DNA from: Tubulanus polymorphus
Taxonomy: Eukaryota > Animalia > Nemertea
Direction: 5' to 3'
Length of the DNA stretch: 64,000 bases
NCBI RefSeq assembly: GCF_964204645.1
Contig: NC_134025.1
Coordinates: 21,554,199-21,618,198 of the forward strand
Each line of letters opens with the position of its first letter. Positions within the stretch are counted from its first letter, which is position 1. Below, one piece after another: positions 60,273-64,000 of this stretch. Both the position numbers and the translations under genes were made by a program. The notes below the pieces were generated by a model. It did no database searches and was not told the origin of the DNA. It saw only the letters and a list, made by a program, of their open reading frames with translations.

Positions 60273-61485
60273 TTTTATTTCCACAATAAATTACGTCAAA
60301 CACGTCAAAAGTTCCCTCTTTGAAATTTAAGGCGACGCGAACTGCAATAAAATGACATCCATATCTGATCAAAAAGTGCAACACAGACTATTTTACTCAA
60401 AAGTTTTCGCCAGTCAGTCCTACGGACAGAATTCACAGGAATACTTTCAATTGCTGGTTTACAGGAAGAAACGACCAACCTTTGAATGTTGGATGTCTTT
60501 AGACGACATTCGTATTCGCATTCATGATTAATTTTGCTTGAAAATGGCCTGTCCATTGGAAGAGATTAAGTGTTCATGCGATATTATTTTCGGTCCATTG
60601 AAATTAACGAATTCTTCGTGACAATTTTATTATGTATTCGTGTATTCGATATTATAGAAATATCTATATTTTTGTGACAGTTGTACGGCCACTAGAGCGC
60701 AATATCGCCACGTGTAGTTGTTGAAACACTGTCAATGGACATTACAATCTATCAATGACGAATACAGTCGGTACCGTGGCGATAGAGTCGTTAATTTTCG
60801 CTGTAACCAGTTGATTCATTATGCATTTGCCATTTTGGAAAATTGAATATATGTATATATGTATATATGTACTGTTCGATATGGATACAGAGTGTCCATG
60901 TGTTCGGCCTTCAAACTGTGGCGATTCCCAGTGGATTCAACACATCAGCTGTGACTTTCAATAGGTTCCATAAATGGACTTGCAGCATCATGGAATACGC
61001 ACAAACGTTGGATTTCAGATTTTCTTTTTAGGCTCATACGTAAATATACAGAAATCTGAGATTAGATCAGATTTTAGCGCGTGCGGGTTAACATAGATAT
61101 ATCAAACACCGTAGCATTTCTGCGAATGCGTACTTTCATAGCTGCTGCACACACATACACTGCAGCGGTTTGGTCCGAACTTGCATAATTTATGACAACG
61201 CTATCATCAGCATCAGGATTTCCGATATTTCCAGCAACCCGCCCATACCACGTGATCTTTGTGTGTGTAAAGAGCGTATCTCCATTAAGCATCCATCCCG
61301 ACTGAACTGCAAAAAACCGCGCGCGGTACCGGTAATGACAAAAATCTTATCTGGCATCCCTGCGCAGTAATTTATATTCTAGAATACCGATCTCATCATC
61401 CCATCATCATCAGCCACCCAAAGCAAACCAGTGTTTAACTTGTTGTATCGCGTTCGACGCGCTGAGCACATTGAAGAGGAGGGCA

Positions 61486-61681
<196 letters not shown>

Positions 61682-61702
61682 CTAATTTCTTTTAGAATTT
61701 TG

Positions 61703-61958
61703 TACTCATGAATTCATTATCTGCATAACCTTACTTGCAAAACATCAAACGCGAACCAAAAATATGAAAAAACTAAATTATCATCTGCAAAACCCTACAA
61801 CTGAGTGTGTGATTTTGACGGCTTTTTATCGCATTTAGTGTTTGCGTTGTTGCCCGTAGCGTTTAGGGATGAGCGTGCATTTGTCGACTAGAGTTTAATA
61901 CCATTCACGAAATACATATTCTGCAAGGAACGTTATGCGGATAATGAATTCATGAGTA
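61703..61958. mobile_element. TA-flanked MITE
   Basis: TACTCATGAATTCATTATCTGCATAAC / GTTATGCGGATAATGAATTCATGAGTA TIRs. Confidence 0.8.
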
Positions 61959-64000
61959 TGTAATTCAGCAAGAGGTCGATTTGCTTTCGAGTAGAAAAAT
62001 AAGATTCACTCGATTCTATTTCTAAGTTGTTTTGTGATCGAGATATCTGAAATGGAGTTGCATCTCGAGGTTTGACGCTTGGGTAAAATGAAAAGAAATG
62101 AATGATGGAACGCTAAAACGTATTGAGTAGTATCAGAGAATTTTTCTATTTTGTTTGCTTCGCATTTTACAGTAGAAAAATTCGAGCACAGGTAATTCTG
62201 TCATACAATATATACATAGGTGTTCAAAAATATGGTCAAAAATACAACAAAAAAAACAAAAATAATTTCGCATGAGATTTTGTAGGTACGTATAATACTA
62301 TCACGCTTTAAAGAAATAGTGTACGTCGCTATCAAGAGGAAAATACTGGTCAAACTAAAAACCTTGCTATTACCAAAACAAATAGATTACCAGATTTAAA
62401 GGTATGATGCGATCCAAATCAGTGAATTCGTTATTCTTAAACGGTTTCATTTCAGTGATCTTATAGGTTTCAGTTTTACTCTGTAAAACCGTATCACTTA
62501 GTCGATTCCATTTACTTGATAAATCCAGGCAGGAAAACTGGCGACTATGCTGTTTTTTGCCTGAAAAAATAAGTCTGTAACCCCTCCGCCAAGGTGCCTA
62601 TTATATATCATCGGAACCATTGACAGCCACCGGCAGACATTCGAGACAAGTTCAGTTGCTTGTAATGGAATGAGAAGCTTTTTTGAATAGTAATGCTGCC
62701 TGATTAGGAGATTATTCCCCCAAAGCTGTCGTAAAATGCCGCTAGACTTCGGCGTTGAAACGTGGCTAGCATCGCTACTAGCATGATTATCAAGCATTCG
62801 GTTACTTATTCTCTTTATATGTTAATGCATTTTCTAAATATTCGAATTTCGCGTGTTGGTGTGTTTTGTGTTCGATGTTTTGTTTCAAATTGAATTTTCC
62901 TTCTCGATGCGCGAGCGCGCGATTTGGTCGATGTAACGCAATTGTGAAATTATACTACACGGCAATTTACACACGTTGCTCGGCTGTTTACGTCGGTCGC
63001 CGCCGCAGCAACCGAAAATTGATCGCTTTCGTATTGATAACCGATATACAAAAATATCCAGAATCACTCAGAAAAAGGACAATTTCGTTAGTAAAAAGGT
63101 TCGTTTTGTAAATGCCAAATATTGTGACGTAATATCGGTCTTTACTCGTCTGATTGGCTATTACCAAAACGAGCAGGTTTTGAGCTGAGGCCAATTCCGA
63201 ATTGCGTAGTCATGACTTAGGATAGCCTTAGTTAAAAGCTTAGATCGTAATCCCTACTTTATGATTTAAGGCTCGATCTCGTATTTCTTCTCGATCGAAC
63301 GCACGAAAGAAGATCGCAATCTTAAATCAGAATTCCATTTTTGATCGTGGATCCCATTGAGTCTTTCGTCGGAGTGTGTAAATAATGTTAGAAATTCGTA
63401 ATTCCATGCATAATTTTGACCGTGTAATAAATAGATAAATATCTATACACGCATATAGTTCGAGGCTATACGGCTGTATATATGCGAAGGGAATTATTAC
63501 CAATGCCGAGAATGATACATTTATTGTTTTCAAGTGCTAGAACAATGGGATACGACGATGGCATAATTGTTTCTATTGACGAATCCATTGATCACTCATG
63601 AGCCTTTCACTCGAGGATAAATCTATATGTACCCTATAACCAGACAATGCAACCTTAATTGCATCATAACTGTATAATGGTGTTCGTTTTCCATACATTG
63701 TTTCCGGTTTTCGCATGCAGAATTCAATAACCACGGGACGACGTTTACATTATGACGAGCTTTCTATTATGAAGCGATCTTGCTTTCATCGCTCTTAACA
63801 TATAGATAGATATGTGCGTATGGATGATAAACCCGCATTCACAATGACCCGGCATTAAAATATGCTTAAACTTCTGGGTCTATCCGGTAACAAATCATCA
63901 AAGTTTCATCAGTAACGCCAGTAATAATAATCCTTCGGGGTAAACATCCCCAAATCCAGTTTTGCTTACGGTAATTTGTAGTTGAGAAATATTTCCAAAG

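Noticed and set aside
62498-62797. 99-aa minus-strand ORF
   Set aside because: No recognisable domain or convincing exon boundaries; cannot be supported from sequence alone.

Overview
AT-rich, intron-containing animal (invertebrate-type) genomic DNA; no prokaryotic features or CRISPR. Four spliced genes lie head-to-tail on the minus strand, reconstructed by hand from GT-AG sites and phase continuity: (1) a 6-exon otopetrin proton channel (122-5880), (2) a ~39-kb, 21-exon K+-dependent Na+/Ca2+ exchanger (SLC24/NCKX, 7885-46709) with three in-frame microexons in its cytosolic loop, (3) a 7-exon PM20D2-like M20 peptidase (47461-49734), and (4) an unrecognised gene (about 52013-53392). A possible first exon of a plus-strand gene lies near 58.5 kb. 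One NCKX intron holds a full-length but disabled CR1/L2-group LINE (about 18160-22982) whose ORF1 appears to combine an RRM-like region, three CCHC knuckles and an SGNH esterase; it sits inside a (TTTATCA)n microsatellite. Introns and spacers are rich in MITEs and foldback elements, tRNA-derived SINEs, short LINE 3' ends, degenerate Penelope-type hammerhead remnants and microsatellites. The most interesting signals are the hybrid LINE ORF1, a His-to-Gln change in the otopetrin FYRxH motif, and the NCKX microexon cluster next to a nested inverted repeat. All calls rest on motif recognition; no searches were run.
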